Shown piece after piece: positions 9,296-22,779 of a stretch of 64,000 nucleotides of DNA. The notes under the pieces are model-generated. The model was not told where the DNA came from, did no database searches, and saw only the letters and a program-made list of their open reading frames with translations. How positions within the stretch are numbered: the stretch's first letter is position 1; each line of letters opens with the position of its first letter. The stretch is from Bacillota bacterium (GTDB lineage Bacteria > Bacillota > Clostridia > Peptostreptococcales > Acidaminobacteraceae): NCBI GenBank assembly GCA_030529225.1, contig JAUMXH010000005.1, positions 38,790-102,789 on the forward strand, given 5' to 3'. The position numbers were made by a program, and so were the translations under genes.

Positions 9296-10435
9296 TTAAT
9301 TCTCTTTTGCTTTTTTTATGCTCCATCCGTCTTTGTTGGTCTGTCTGGCCCGCGCAATTGCAAGCTGCTCCTCTCCCACATCCTCGGTGATTGTGGAGCC
9401 CGCCGCAATAAAGGCGCCGCGCCCGATGTGAACCGGCGAGACGATGTTGGCGTTGCAGCCGATGAATACATCATCCTCGATTTGAGAGCGGAACTTTTCG
9501 ACCCCGTTGTAGTTGACAAAGACAACCCCGCACCCGACGTTGATCTTCGAACCCAAATCGGAATCTCCGATATAGCTTAAATGAGAGACCTTGGTCCCCT
9601 CTCCCAAAGCGGAGTTTTTGATTTCCACAAAGTTACCGATCTTCACGTTCTCTCCGAGCTTGCTGTTCGGCCTCAGGTGGGCAAAGGGACCTATGTTACA
9701 GCCCTTACAAACCACAGAATCCGCAATTCTGGAACTCATCACATTGACTCCCTCATGGATCTCGGAATTGATGATGTAAGTTCCCGCGCCGATTTTGGAC
9801 GATGCGCCGATTTTGGAATCGATGATTGTCACATTCTCTTCCACCACGACATTCTTTGAAATATGAGAGCGACCTTCTAAAACGACCCCTGAGCCGATGA
9901 CGGCTCCATCTTCGATCGTGACCTCAGGACCGATGCTGACCGTAGAAGGTTGTCTGAGGTAGACTCCCTTGCGAAGAAAGCCCTCCACTCTCTCGGCGTT
10001 CAAGCTCTCCGCGGCCATCGAGAGGCCTCTGACAGAATCGAAGCGGTAGGCAATATCTTCATCCAAACTTAATTTTTCCAAGTCGGAATCCGATTCCAAG
10101 AGCCTCAAAAGGTCCTCGGAATTTGCCGTCTTTTCTGAAATTTCCATCCCCGCGGCCCGTTCTTTTGTAAGAAAAATAAAAAGAGTCGAATCATCATGGT
10201 AAGCGACAAAGCTTCTCTTTGATGAATGCGCCTCTTCCAACAGGGAAGTCAAAATTTCAAGGTCGGCAAAAAAGAGCTCCTCCGGCAGAATGAGACATCC
10301 TTCCAACGCTCTCTCTTTCAAAACCAAGTCATTTCGTTTCCTGTTCTCCGCCTGAACCGAGCGATAGTCCTTTCGCAGTTCGTCATTCAAAAACAGCTCA
10401 CTCAAGTCTCGCGTGCTTATGTAAATTTTTTCCAT
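9296..10435 (-). CDS. GlmU-like protein: left-handed beta-helix acetyltransferase domain (glucosamine-1-P N-acetyltransferase) with a non-canonical N-terminal region
   Basis: The C-terminal ~230 aa align by eye to the GlmU acetyltransferase domain (hexapeptide repeats, ...HLRPNSKLGENVKIGNFVEIK...). The N-terminal ~140 aa lack the GxGTRM nucleotidyltransferase motif. Start chosen at the ATG at 10435, which has GGGAGG upstream. Confidence 0.6.
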   Translation of the reverse strand: MEKIYISTRDLSELFLNDELRKDYRSVQAENRKRNDLVLKERALEGCLILPEELFFADLEILTSLLEEAHSSKRSFVAYHDDSTLFIFLTKERAAGMEISEKTANSEDLLRLLESDSDLEKLSLDEDIAYRFDSVRGLSMAAESLNAERVEGFLRKGVYLRQPSTVSIGPEVTIEDGAVIGSGVVLEGRSHISKNVVVEENVTIIDSKIGASSKIGAGTYIINSEIHEGVNVMSSRIADSVVCKGCNIGPFAHLRPNSKLGENVKIGNFVEIKNSALGEGTKVSHLSYIGDSDLGSKINVGCGVVFVNYNGVEKFRSQIEDDVFIGCNANIVSPVHIGRGAFIAAGSTITEDVGEEQLAIARARQTNKDGWSIKKAKEN

Positions 10436-10483
10436 GCAAAAAACCCTCCCGTAAAAAAACAAAACATCCAAACTGCTTTCAGA

Positions 10484-10774
10484 TTAGTTTTCCTTACTGA
10501 ACAGGAACTGGATTTCATCCTTTTTTATCATGTTCAGCCTTTCTCTGATCTGTGTTTCCTTTGATTCGGAAGTATTTGACTGCTCTTCGAGCTTCAACAT
10601 TTTGTCAAAGTTATCCTTTGCATACTCCAAGTGGACTTCTCTCTCCTGTTTTTCCTCGGCCAATTTCGCGAGGTGTTCATCCTGATTCCAGTAGATGCGT
10701 ACACCGTAGGCAAGGATAGCGATTCCAAACAGCACCGCAAAAAAATGATTCTTTAAAAACCTTCTAAAACGCAC
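10484..10774 (-). CDS. septum formation initiator family protein (FtsB/DivIC-like)
   Basis: 96 aa with an N-terminal TM helix followed by a coiled coil; lies beside the yabO-like S4 gene as in Bacillus. Confidence 0.6.
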   Translation of the reverse strand: MRFRRFLKNHFFAVLFGIAILAYGVRIYWNQDEHLAKLAEEKQEREVHLEYAKDNFDKMLKLEEQSNTSESKETQIRERLNMIKKDEIQFLFSKEN

Positions 10775-10797
10775 ACGATTCTCCTACACAGCTTATC

Positions 10798-11040
10798 TCA
10801 TTCCAATATCCTGTAAAGTTCGGCAGCCTCCGACTTGCCCGCGTTGTCGGCTATCTTCAGGACCTCGACTTTGACGCCTTTTACCCCGAAGCTCACCTCG
10901 ATGACATCTCCTTCTTTCACCACCGAACCGGCCTTGCACGGGCTTCCGTTAATGGATACCCTGCCTGCGTCGCAAGCCTCCTTGGCAATCTGCCTTCTTT
11001 TTATTATCCTTGATATTTTTAAAAACTTATCGACTCTCAT
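10798..11040 (-). CDS. S4-domain RNA-binding protein (YabO/Hsp15-like)
   Basis: 80-aa protein MRVDKFLKISRIIKRRQIAKEA..., the S4 fold signature. Confidence 0.7.
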   Translation of the reverse strand: MRVDKFLKISRIIKRRQIAKEACDAGRVSINGSPCKAGSVVKEGDVIEVSFGVKGVKVEVLKIADNAGKSEAAELYRILE

Positions 11041-11057
11041 ATTAAAATTTAAAGTAA

Positions 11058-11097
11058 AAAGCAGCGTCTCTTAAAGAACGCCGCTTTTAGCTCATCA
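11058..11097 (-). terminator. putative intrinsic terminator downstream of hup
   Basis: Imperfect GC hairpin (agcggcgttc...gaacgctgc on the minus strand) flanked by an A-run and a T-run, just after the hup stop. Confidence 0.35.
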
Positions 11098-11099
11098 AA

Positions 11100-11387
11100 C
11101 TACTTTTTCTTGCTATTCACTAATTCCTTAAGTGACTTACCTGCTTTGAATACAGGTGCCTTTGAAGCCGGAATATCAATTACCTGCTCTGGATTTCTAG
11201 GATTTCTGCCCTTTCTTTTCTTTCTGTCTCTGACAGCGAAAGTTCCGAATCCTACGAGCTGAACCTTGTCTCCCTTAACAAGGGCTTCTTCTACTGCTTC
11301 TATGAAAGCATTTAGAGAAATCTCAGCATCCTTCTTGCTAATTTCTGCCTTTTCAGCAATGCTTGTAATCAATTCTGATTTATTCAC
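11100..11387 (-). CDS. hup: DNA-binding protein HU
   Basis: MNKSELITSIAEKAEISKKDAE...GFGTFAVRDR...NPRNP, the HU/IHF family signature. Confidence 0.9.
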   Translation of the reverse strand: MNKSELITSIAEKAEISKKDAEISLNAFIEAVEEALVKGDKVQLVGFGTFAVRDRKKRKGRNPRNPEQVIDIPASKAPVFKAGKSLKELVNSKKK

Positions 11388-11561
11388 AAATATACCTCCT
11401 TAAACGGTAAAGCCACTAATGACTTACAAGTACTATATTAGCCAAATTTAAACAATTTATCAAGTTTTTTTTGCAAAAAAAACTATTTTTTTTCGCAGTT
11501 TTACCGATTTTTTAATTAAACATTAAAAAATGAGAGCGACTCTCCCTATTCTTATCGTCCA

Positions 11562-13154
11562 TTACTTGATAAATCTTACTAAAAAACGCTTTCCCGGAAT
11601 GAATGCGAGGTCATCCTTGTTCAAAATCTTCAGTTTCACAATCAAAATCAGATAGACCGCCGCGCCCACAAAGACACTAAATAAAGTAGAGATACTGTTC
11701 GGCAGGAAGCGGATGACGCTTCCGTAGACCAAATAAACCGAAATTCCCATAAAGAGGGCTGCCAAAAACGGCTTGACAAAGACCCCGAGGAAGTCGAACT
11801 TGACCGTCGTCCTCCTCTTTAAGGTGATCAGGTTTAAGATTGCGGCAACCGAAAAGGCAAGCAGGCTGGAAAGCGAAGCGCCCTTGATTCCGATGCTCGG
11901 AATCGCGAGAAGAAAGTACGAAAAAACGGCTTTTAAAACCGCGCCCATCAAAAGGTTAAAGGCATTGCGAATATGGAGCCCCATCCCCTGCAGGATGCCG
12001 GAAGTACACTGGTACATCGACACGAAGACCATGGCCACCGCCATAATTTGCAGCAAGACCTCGGCCTCGTTGTGCATATCGGTGAGAGACGGCCACAGGA
12101 GCATCAAGACCGGCTTCGCGAGCACGATCAAGCCCGCCGCGGAAGCCAAACTCAGAATCAGAATCACCTTTAGCGCGGTGCGAATGGTTTTTCCGAGCTC
12201 CTCGTCCTCTCCGATTGCGAGCAGAGAAGAGACCGCCGGCAGCACGCTGACCTGGACCGAAACAAAGAGAATCACCGGCAGGTTGATGACCGAAATCGTA
12301 TAGAAGGCGTGGTAGCTATAGAAAGTTTCAGCGAGTTCCCCTGAAAATCCGATGTCCATCAACCTTGATTTGATCAGGATTCCGTCAATCAATTCGGTCA
12401 GCGGCACCACAGAGGCCCCGATGGTAATCGGAACCGCATAATACAAGATGCGCTTTATGATGCGCATGGTTTCTTGGTAATTCAGTTTCTCCCCCTTGGG
12501 AAGAGAGAAGTTGTTGCGGTAAGACTTTGCACAGAGCATGAGCAGGAAGACGCCGAGCGCCGCCCCGACGGCAACCCCGAGCATCGCCCCGGCAGTCGCG
12601 TACTCCAGACCTTTTGAGAAGAAGAGTTTAGCGAAGAGGAGACCGAAGACGACCTTCCCGAGCTGCTCCACAATCTGAGAGCCCGCAAAGGGATTGAGGT
12701 TTCCGTGCCCCTGAAAGTAGCCCCGATAACTCGCCATAATCGGAACGATCAAGACCGCAAGGTTCATCGCCCGCATAGACATAAGAGCAGGCATTCTATC
12801 AAACTTCACGGTCACAATGGTAGAAATAATGTAGAACAGAATCGCCAGGACGATCCCCAGGAAGATCATGAAGATCCTCATCACCCGAAAGACCGTTTCC
12901 TTCTCCTGAATCTCTCCCCTCGAGTGGTGTTCCGAGATAATTTTTGCAACCGCGGCGGGAATCCCCGCAATCGCAAGAATCAGAAAGAAGTTATAGTACG
13001 GGTAGACGAAGGAGATCCAAGCGGAGCCCTGTGTTCCCAGAAAGGATTTTTGCCCAAGGATGATCTTGTAGACAGCCCCCAATATTTTGATTACGATGCC
13101 GGCCGCCGCAAAAATCATAGCGGAACTGACAAAACTCTGTTTTTTAACACTCAT
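11562..13154 (-). CDS. MOP-superfamily polysaccharide biosynthesis/export flippase (YabM/SpoVB-like)
   Basis: 530 aa with about 14 predicted TM helices; sits between mfd and hup as yabM does in Bacillus. Confidence 0.7.
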   Translation of the reverse strand: MSVKKQSFVSSAMIFAAAGIVIKILGAVYKIILGQKSFLGTQGSAWISFVYPYYNFFLILAIAGIPAAVAKIISEHHSRGEIQEKETVFRVMRIFMIFLGIVLAILFYIISTIVTVKFDRMPALMSMRAMNLAVLIVPIMASYRGYFQGHGNLNPFAGSQIVEQLGKVVFGLLFAKLFFSKGLEYATAGAMLGVAVGAALGVFLLMLCAKSYRNNFSLPKGEKLNYQETMRIIKRILYYAVPITIGASVVPLTELIDGILIKSRLMDIGFSGELAETFYSYHAFYTISVINLPVILFVSVQVSVLPAVSSLLAIGEDEELGKTIRTALKVILILSLASAAGLIVLAKPVLMLLWPSLTDMHNEAEVLLQIMAVAMVFVSMYQCTSGILQGMGLHIRNAFNLLMGAVLKAVFSYFLLAIPSIGIKGASLSSLLAFSVAAILNLITLKRRTTVKFDFLGVFVKPFLAALFMGISVYLVYGSVIRFLPNSISTLFSVFVGAAVYLILIVKLKILNKDDLAFIPGKRFLVRFIK

Positions 13155-13156
13155 AG

Positions 13157-14174
13157 TTATTTGCTATCCTCTTTGTAAAAGTCTTTGAAGATTTCAACCT
13201 TGGCTTCCTCGAGCAGACGATTGGTCTCTTCATAAAGTTTGATCTGGAAGTTTTGGTTATAGACCTGGGTCTTGGTAGCCGCTTCCTCACTGTCGGTCAA
13301 GTCCTTATCCTGAAGCATATCCTCGACGGTCTTGTAGTCGATCAGTTTAACAATGTTATACCCGAAGACGGTCTTGAACGGTTTGCTGATTTCCCCTCGC
13401 TTGAGCTCCTTTAAGTGAATCGAAAATTCCACCGGCAACTCATCGAGTCTGACGGTTCCGACCTCGCCGTCCCTTACCTTGGAAGATTCATCCAGGGAAT
13501 ATTCGGCGACGAGCTCTTCAAACTTCGTCCCCTCCTGCAATTTTGCGTAAACCTTGTCCGCCGTTTCCCGATCGTCCAAGAGAATGATCCTCGGATTGAC
13601 GGTCAATTTTGTATTTTTATACGCGGCAGGGTCCAACTCATAGGACTCGCGGTATGCGGCGTCCAAATCCTCCGAAAACATCCCAAGGTAATAGTTGGTC
13701 TTAATGCCGTCCTTGATGAAGTCCTCCTCGATTTCATTTTCTTTGTAAAAATCGAGGACATTCGGCATTTTTTCGCCCATCAGCTTCATCATTTCCTCAT
13801 ATTTTTGATTGAGTTCCTCCTCGGAGATGGACTTTTGCTTTTTCTTATAATACTCCTCAATCAGGATGCCCTTGATCTTCAAATCCAAGATATTGGTCTT
13901 GATAATCGCGCTCTCCCGCCTTCCGTAGTGAAAGAGTTCCTCCACCTTCCTGTCCTCGTCCTTCTGTTTTCCGTCAGAAGCGAGCTCACCGGACTGCCGC
14001 TTCATAAACAGCCAGGTACCGAAGGTCTTGTCAATAAAACTCTGCTTGATTTCGACCCCGTTGACGGTCGCAACCACAAATTCGGCATCGCCCTTGTTAC
14101 CGTTACCGCCGGTCCCGCAAGCGCTCAAGAACACGAGCAGCGAGAAGCACACAAGCAGCAAGCCCGCTCTTTTT

Positions 14175-14182
<8 letters not shown>
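13157..14182 (-). CDS. lipoprotein, PrsA/SurA-like foldase with degenerate parvulin domain
   Basis: Signal peptide plus lipobox (LLVFLSAC); C-terminal PpiC-like segment ...FGYNIVKL... in which the usual His is replaced by Asn. The second ATG was chosen as the start. Confidence 0.5.
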
Positions 14183-17549
<3,367 letters not shown>

Positions 17550-17574
17550 GATGTTTTCCTCGTTCCGTATGAAC

Positions 17575-18144
17575 TTACTTTCTGGTATTGTATCGATTCA
17601 TCGCGGCGTCTATATTCTCTTCCACCATCGTCAAAATGGCCTTGTAAGTATTGATGACGGCCTCTTCCATCAGAGGAACCTCCTCTTTGGAATAGCCGGA
17701 CAGGACAAAGTTCTTCAAATCCATCTGCCTGTTCTCGGGTTTCCCGACGCCGATTCGAATCCGCGGAAAGCCATCGTCCCTGAGTTTGTAGATGATGTCC
17801 CTCATCCCGTTGTGAGAACCGGCGCTGCCCGACTTTCGAATCCGCACACTGCCGAGCGGGATGTCGATATCGTCGTAGACCACGATCAGCTTTTCCAAAT
17901 CCAGTCCGTAATAATTGACGATTGAAGTCACCGCGTCCCCGCTCAAGTTCATATAAGTCTGCGGTTTGACCAGAACAATCTTCTCCCCCTCATACAAAAA
18001 CTCTCCTAAGAGAGCCTTGTGTTTCATTTTCTCAACCTTTAGGCCCCGGTCTCTGGCGATGTAATCAATGAGTTCAAAGCCGATATTGTGCCTTGTATTC
18101 TCATATTTTCTGCCCGGATTGCCCAGTCCCACCACTACGTACAT
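17575..18144 (-). CDS. pth: peptidyl-tRNA hydrolase
   Basis: MYVVVGLGNPGRKYENTRHNIGF, the canonical Pth N-terminus. Confidence 0.9.
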   Translation of the reverse strand: MYVVVGLGNPGRKYENTRHNIGFELIDYIARDRGLKVEKMKHKALLGEFLYEGEKIVLVKPQTYMNLSGDAVTSIVNYYGLDLEKLIVVYDDIDIPLGSVRIRKSGSAGSHNGMRDIIYKLRDDGFPRIRIGVGKPENRQMDLKNFVLSGYSKEEVPLMEEAVINTYKAILTMVEENIDAAMNRYNTRK

Positions 18145-18784
18145 CTTTCTTCTCCAATAATTCTTTTCTGATTCCGTCCAAGACTTCTTCGTATTCTTCG
18201 ACGTTTTGCTCAGTTCTGCTGCTCTTTCTGAATGCGATAATCTGCTTCACCTTTTCGGATTTTTGATTCAGAAAATCAAAGTAGACCTCATTCTTAATCA
18301 TCGCGTAGCCGATCTCGAGCTCTATTTTATTAAAGCGTCTCTGTTCCCCGTTTATGACCTTGATGACCTCGTAGTACTTCCCGGCGTCATAGACCACGCG
18401 TTCCTCCACAATCTTATAATAATTGGTGTTCAAAAATTCTCGGAGCCGAACCGCGTGTTGCATCGGTTGCAAAATCAAGGTTTCTGCACTCTTGGCAACC
18501 TCTGCCCCCCTCTGTAGGATGTCCGCAATCAAAAGGCCGCCCATCCCGGCAATCACCAGACAGGAAGCTTCTCCCGGCTTTAAGGGAGAGAGTCCGTCGC
18601 CCATGCGAACACTGCAAAGCTCGCTGAGACCGGATTGCTCGATGTGTTGCTTGGCGCTTTGGACCGGCCCCTTCGCCACGTCCGTTATGATGGCGCGCTG
18701 AATCTTTTTTTCTTGCAGGAGGGCAATCGGCAGGTAGGCGTGATCCGAGCCGATGTCGGCCAAAACCCTCACGCCCTTGACCAT
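18101..18784 (-). CDS. trmK: tRNA (adenine22-N1)-methyltransferase
   Basis: ADIGSDHAYLPIALL..., the TrmK/YqfN family N-terminus. The internal ATG was chosen as the start. Confidence 0.65.
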   Translation of the reverse strand: MVKGVRVLADIGSDHAYLPIALLQEKKIQRAIITDVAKGPVQSAKQHIEQSGLSELCSVRMGDGLSPLKPGEASCLVIAGMGGLLIADILQRGAEVAKSAETLILQPMQHAVRLREFLNTNYYKIVEERVVYDAGKYYEVIKVINGEQRRFNKIELEIGYAMIKNEVYFDFLNQKSEKVKQIIAFRKSSRTEQNVEEYEEVLDGIRKELLEKKDVRSGGTGQSGQKI

Positions 18785-18873
18785 GTCGGCGATGCACCTC
18801 AATCTGGGACTTAAATGCAAACTCGTTCCTCTTTCTTTGCGGACCGGCACTTTTGGAATCGCGGATCGGCCGC

Positions 18874-20100
18874 TTACTCTTCCAAAAAGTCCTTCAACTT
18901 CTTGCTCTTAGACGGATGCTTCAATCTTCTGAGGGCCTTGGCCTCGATCTGTCTGATTCGCTCCCTGGTTACATCAAAGCGCCTTCCCACTTCCTCGAGG
19001 GTCCTGGCCCTTCCGTCCTCCAGGCCGAATCGGAGCTTCAAGACCTTTTGTTCCCTCGGCGAAAGGCTGTCCAAGGCCTCCATCAGCTGCTCTTTCAACA
19101 TTGAGCCCGATGCGGCATCCTCCGGCGCCAGGGCCTCCGAGTCCTTGATGAAGTCGCCCAGGGTGGAATCCTCTTCCTCTCCGATCGGCGTTTCAAGAGA
19201 TACCGGCTCCTGCGCAATCTTGTGGATCGCCCTGACCTTGTCCACGCTGATTTCCATGACCTCGGCCACTTCCTCCGGCGTCGCTTCGCGCCCGAGCTCC
19301 TGCAGAAGCTGTCTCTGCACGCGAATCAGCTTATTGATGGTCTCAACCATGTGCACCGGGATACGAATGGTTCTGGCCTGGTCGGCAATGCTCCTGGTAA
19401 TCGCCTGTCTGATCCACCAAGTCGCATAGGTGGAGAACTTGTAACCCTTGGTCCAATCGAACTTGTCGACCGCCTTGATCAGTCCCAGGTTCCCCTCTTG
19501 AATCAGATCCAGGAAGCCCATGCCCCTGCCCACAAATTTTTTGGCAATCGAAACCACCAACCTCAGGTTGGCCTCACAAAGCTTTGCCTTGGCGTCTTCA
19601 TCGCCCTGCTCGATGCGTTTTGCGAGCTCGATTTCCTCTTCCCTGGTGAGGAGGTTGACGCGCCCGATCTCTTTCAGGTACATTCTGACCGGATCATCCA
19701 GGTCGACCCCCTTCGGAACGGAAATATCCTCTCCCGGCTTGAGCAAGTCATCCTCGTCGGCATCGTCCACGTCGACGTCGATGTCCACCTCATTCGATAG
19801 GTCCAAGTCCTCGTCATCGACCTCGATCACGTCGTCGAGAGAAAAGGTCAAGTCCCCGACCGTATTGATTCCGGCATCGTTGATTGCGTTAAACATATCG
19901 GTGGCAACATTCTTGTCGATGTCGATTACGCCCATGACGGCGCTGATTTCGTCGTAGCTCAAATAGCCCTGATTCAAGCCCTTCAGCAGCATGACCGAAA
20001 TATTTTTCTTGTTTTCTTCAACCTGTTCGCAAGGCAAAATCATCTTAAAATCGTGCAGTATCTTATCGATTAGCTTTGATTTTTCCGTATCTTTCATCAA
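18874..20100 (-). CDS. rpoD: RNA polymerase sigma factor SigA/RpoD
   Basis: Acidic region 1, then region 2.4 ([15 protein letters not shown]) and region 4; dnaG lies directly upstream. Confidence 0.9.
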   Translation of the reverse strand: MMKDTEKSKLIDKILHDFKMILPCEQVEENKKNISVMLLKGLNQGYLSYDEISAVMGVIDIDKNVATDMFNAINDAGINTVGDLTFSLDDVIEVDDEDLDLSNEVDIDVDVDDADEDDLLKPGEDISVPKGVDLDDPVRMYLKEIGRVNLLTREEEIELAKRIEQGDEDAKAKLCEANLRLVVSIAKKFVGRGMGFLDLIQEGNLGLIKAVDKFDWTKGYKFSTYATWWIRQAITRSIADQARTIRIPVHMVETINKLIRVQRQLLQELGREATPEEVAEVMEISVDKVRAIHKIAQEPVSLETPIGEEEDSTLGDFIKDSEALAPEDAASGSMLKEQLMEALDSLSPREQKVLKLRFGLEDGRARTLEEVGRRFDVTRERIRQIEAKALRRLKHPSKSKKLKDFLEE

Positions 20101-20132
20101 GGTTCTCGCCTCCTAAATCCTTTCTTCAACTT

Positions 20133-21938
20133 CTATTTCCCGATATCCAGGATATCCTTCAATATCTTACTTCTCTTCTTTCGCAACGCTCTGAGCTTGA
20201 TTTTTGACGCTTCGTCATCCAAAAAAGTAAGGGTTCTGATCTCTCTGTCTATCTCCTCAATCTGTAATTTAAACCGCTCGCCTTCCCACCTTTTGAGGAT
20301 GAATTCCAGCTCCTGCTCCGAAAATGAGGCCTCCGCGGCATCAAAGAGGTCCTGCAGGAGGATGGCGGCATCAAGGTCCAGCTCCTCCGAAAGCTGAATC
20401 GGGTCAAAGCGCTCGTTCGTCGCGTAGTACATCATCAGAATGGAGAATGCGGTCAGGTACTTCTCGGTCAAAAACTCTCCCAAGGTCCGCTCAAACACTT
20501 TTAAGGCAAATTCCTTATTTGAAACCGAAAAGGCAATCAACTGCTTCTCATATAAACTAAGGGCAGGCTCCGAAGCATCCCGATCGGCGGAACTGTCTTC
20601 GGCTTCCAAGGCCCGTTCCGGTGCAGAAGCGCGGGCTTTCGCCGGCTCTTTTTTGCCCTTTGTCTGCAGGCTGTACTCCGTTAATATCTTGTCATAAGGA
20701 ATCGAAGAGAGCTCGGCCAGCTCCTGCAAATAGAGCTCCGCTTCCACCGAACTACAGAGCTTGGAAATCAGCTCGATCGATTCCAAAACGTACTTATACC
20801 TCTCCTTCGCATCTCTCAAATCATAGTTCATTTTGATGTTGGCGAGGTTGAAACGGATACTGTTTTCTGAGGATTCCAAACGCTCTTTGAACGCGAGCTT
20901 TCCAAACTTTTTGAGGAATTCGTCGGGGTCTTTTGCCGGAGAAATGTCGACAACCCTGACGTCGATTCCATGGTTTTCCAACAAGGGGATTGATCTGCTA
21001 ATAGCATTTCTACCCGCTTCGTCCATGTCGTAAGCAAAAAGGACAATTTTGTATCTTTTTGAGATGCTGTAAACCTGCTCCGGAGTCAGGGCGGTCCCCA
21101 TGCTCGCCAGCACGTTCGGAAAGCCCGCCTGGTAGACTTGAAGAAGATCCATGTAGCCCTCGACCAGGATGACCGAGTCCCCGCGCCCCGCCTTTCTGGA
21201 CATGCGGTCGCCGTAGAGGATTTTGGACTTCTGAAAGACCGCGGACTCGGGCGAGTTCAGGTACTTGGGTATATCCGAGCCCATGCTCCTCGCACCGAAG
21301 CCCAGGACCTTGGAGCGAAAGTCGAATATCGGAAAGATCAGCCGGTTCCGAAACCTGTCATAGACCCTTCCCTTTCCGGACTTGGAGGCCAGCCCCGCCT
21401 GCAGCACCTCGTCTTCCCGGTAGCCCAAGGACTTCAGGTGATCGAGCAGGCCGGTCCAGGAATCTCCGGCGTAGCCGAGCCCAAAACTCTTAACGGTGTT
21501 GAGTTTGATCTTCCTGTCCTCAAAGTACTCGAGAGCATGCTTGTGCCGCATCAGTTGGGAGTGAAAGTAGCGACCCGCTTCGCGGTTCATCTCATACGTC
21601 TTCTCCATCAGGGAGAAGTCTTTATTTTCCTCACTTTGGAGCACATAGGAACTCAAGTCCAAGCTGTATCGGTCCGCGAGGGATTCCAAGGCCTCGATAA
21701 AGCCGAGCCCCTCAGTCTGCATCACAAAATCGATCGCATTTCCGTGCTCCTTGCACCCGAAACAATAGTAGGTCCCCCTCGATTCGGTAACGTAAAAAGA
21801 GGGAGTCTTTTCCACATGAAAAGGACAGAGCCCCCTCATATTGCTGCCAACCCTCTTTAATTCGACCTTTCCGGAAACCAGGTCGGCGATGCCGACACTC
21901 GATAACACGTAGTCCTTGACAGACCTGTCGTACTTCAA
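20133..21938 (-). CDS. dnaG: DNA primase
   Basis: CHC2 zinc finger (CPFHVEKTPSF), a TOPRIM region, and dnaG–rpoD synteny. There is no in-frame ATG at the expected position, so the start is put at the TTG at 21938 with a GGTAGGGGA Shine–Dalgarno upstream. Confidence 0.8.
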   Translation of the reverse strand: MKYDRSVKDYVLSSVGIADLVSGKVELKRVGSNMRGLCPFHVEKTPSFYVTESRGTYYCFGCKEHGNAIDFVMQTEGLGFIEALESLADRYSLDLSSYVLQSEENKDFSLMEKTYEMNREAGRYFHSQLMRHKHALEYFEDRKIKLNTVKSFGLGYAGDSWTGLLDHLKSLGYREDEVLQAGLASKSGKGRVYDRFRNRLIFPIFDFRSKVLGFGARSMGSDIPKYLNSPESAVFQKSKILYGDRMSRKAGRGDSVILVEGYMDLLQVYQAGFPNVLASMGTALTPEQVYSISKRYKIVLFAYDMDEAGRNAISRSIPLLENHGIDVRVVDISPAKDPDEFLKKFGKLAFKERLESSENSIRFNLANIKMNYDLRDAKERYKYVLESIELISKLCSSVEAELYLQELAELSSIPYDKILTEYSLQTKGKKEPAKARASAPERALEAEDSSADRDASEPALSLYEKQLIAFSVSNKEFALKVFERTLGEFLTEKYLTAFSILMMYYATNERFDPIQLSEELDLDAAILLQDLFDAAEASFSEQELEFILKRWEGERFKLQIEEIDREIRTLTFLDDEASKIKLRALRKKRSKILKDILDIGK

Positions 21939-21948
21939 AATGAATCCC

Positions 21949-22758
21949 CTACCTGTTGTTCGGCTTGAGCGCCCGCAAGATGATGTTGGAACTTTCCTCA
22001 ATCGCCTTGTCGGCAACGTTGATGATCTTGCAGTTCAACTTGGCCGCCAGTTCCTTGGCAAAGCGCAGTTCTTCGTCGATTCGATCCACGCTCGCGTAGT
22101 CCGCATCCGCTGACAGTCCCATTTCCTTCAGCCTTTCCCGTCGGATTTTGTTCAAGACGTTCTTGTCATTGGTTAAGCAGAAAATCTTGGACGGGTTGAC
22201 TTCGTAGAGCTCCTTGGGAACCGGAATCTCCGGAACCAGCGGGATGTTCGCAACCTTTAGATTTTTGTGCGCCAAGTACATAGAAAGCGGCGTCTTTGAG
22301 GTCCTCGATATGCCAATCAGGACGCAGTCGGCGAGCAGGACTCCCCTAGGGTCCTTCCCGTCGTCGTACTTGACCGCAAACTCGACCGCCTGGATCCTCT
22401 TAAAGTACTCCTCGTTCAACTGACGCATCACACCCGGCTCATTGTGCGGCTGTGCGCCCGTAATCTCCGAGAGCATGGTCAAGGTTTCGCCCATGACGTC
22501 CACGAACTTGACGCCGTACTGCTCGCAGGCCTGTATCAGGTATTCCTTGAGCGGCTGCAAGACGATGGTAAAGATGACCATGGAATTGGCATGGTCCATC
22601 GAAGAAAAAATCTTCTCAATCGCACTCGGGGTCTCGATGTTGGAATACTTTTGAATCGAAACGTCCAAGTCCTTAAATTGCGTGATGGTCGCCTTGGCGA
22701 CTGACTCTGCGGTTTCTCCCACAGAGTCAGACAAGACGTATACATTATATTTTGACAT
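21949..22758 (-). CDS. pyruvate, phosphate dikinase regulatory protein (PDRP, DUF299)
   Basis: 269 aa with a P-loop (GISRTSKTP), sitting directly downstream of ppdK. Confidence 0.8.
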   Translation of the reverse strand: MSKYNVYVLSDSVGETAESVAKATITQFKDLDVSIQKYSNIETPSAIEKIFSSMDHANSMVIFTIVLQPLKEYLIQACEQYGVKFVDVMGETLTMLSEITGAQPHNEPGVMRQLNEEYFKRIQAVEFAVKYDDGKDPRGVLLADCVLIGISRTSKTPLSMYLAHKNLKVANIPLVPEIPVPKELYEVNPSKIFCLTNDKNVLNKIRRERLKEMGLSADADYASVDRIDEELRFAKELAAKLNCKIINVADKAIEESSNIILRALKPNNR

Positions 22759-22779
22759 AGTATCCTCGTTTACAAAGGG

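Noticed and set aside
9316-9525. 69-aa minus-strand ORF overlapping the glmU-like 3' end
   Set aside because: Alternative frame inside a well-supported CDS; no Shine–Dalgarno; proline/serine-rich nonsense.
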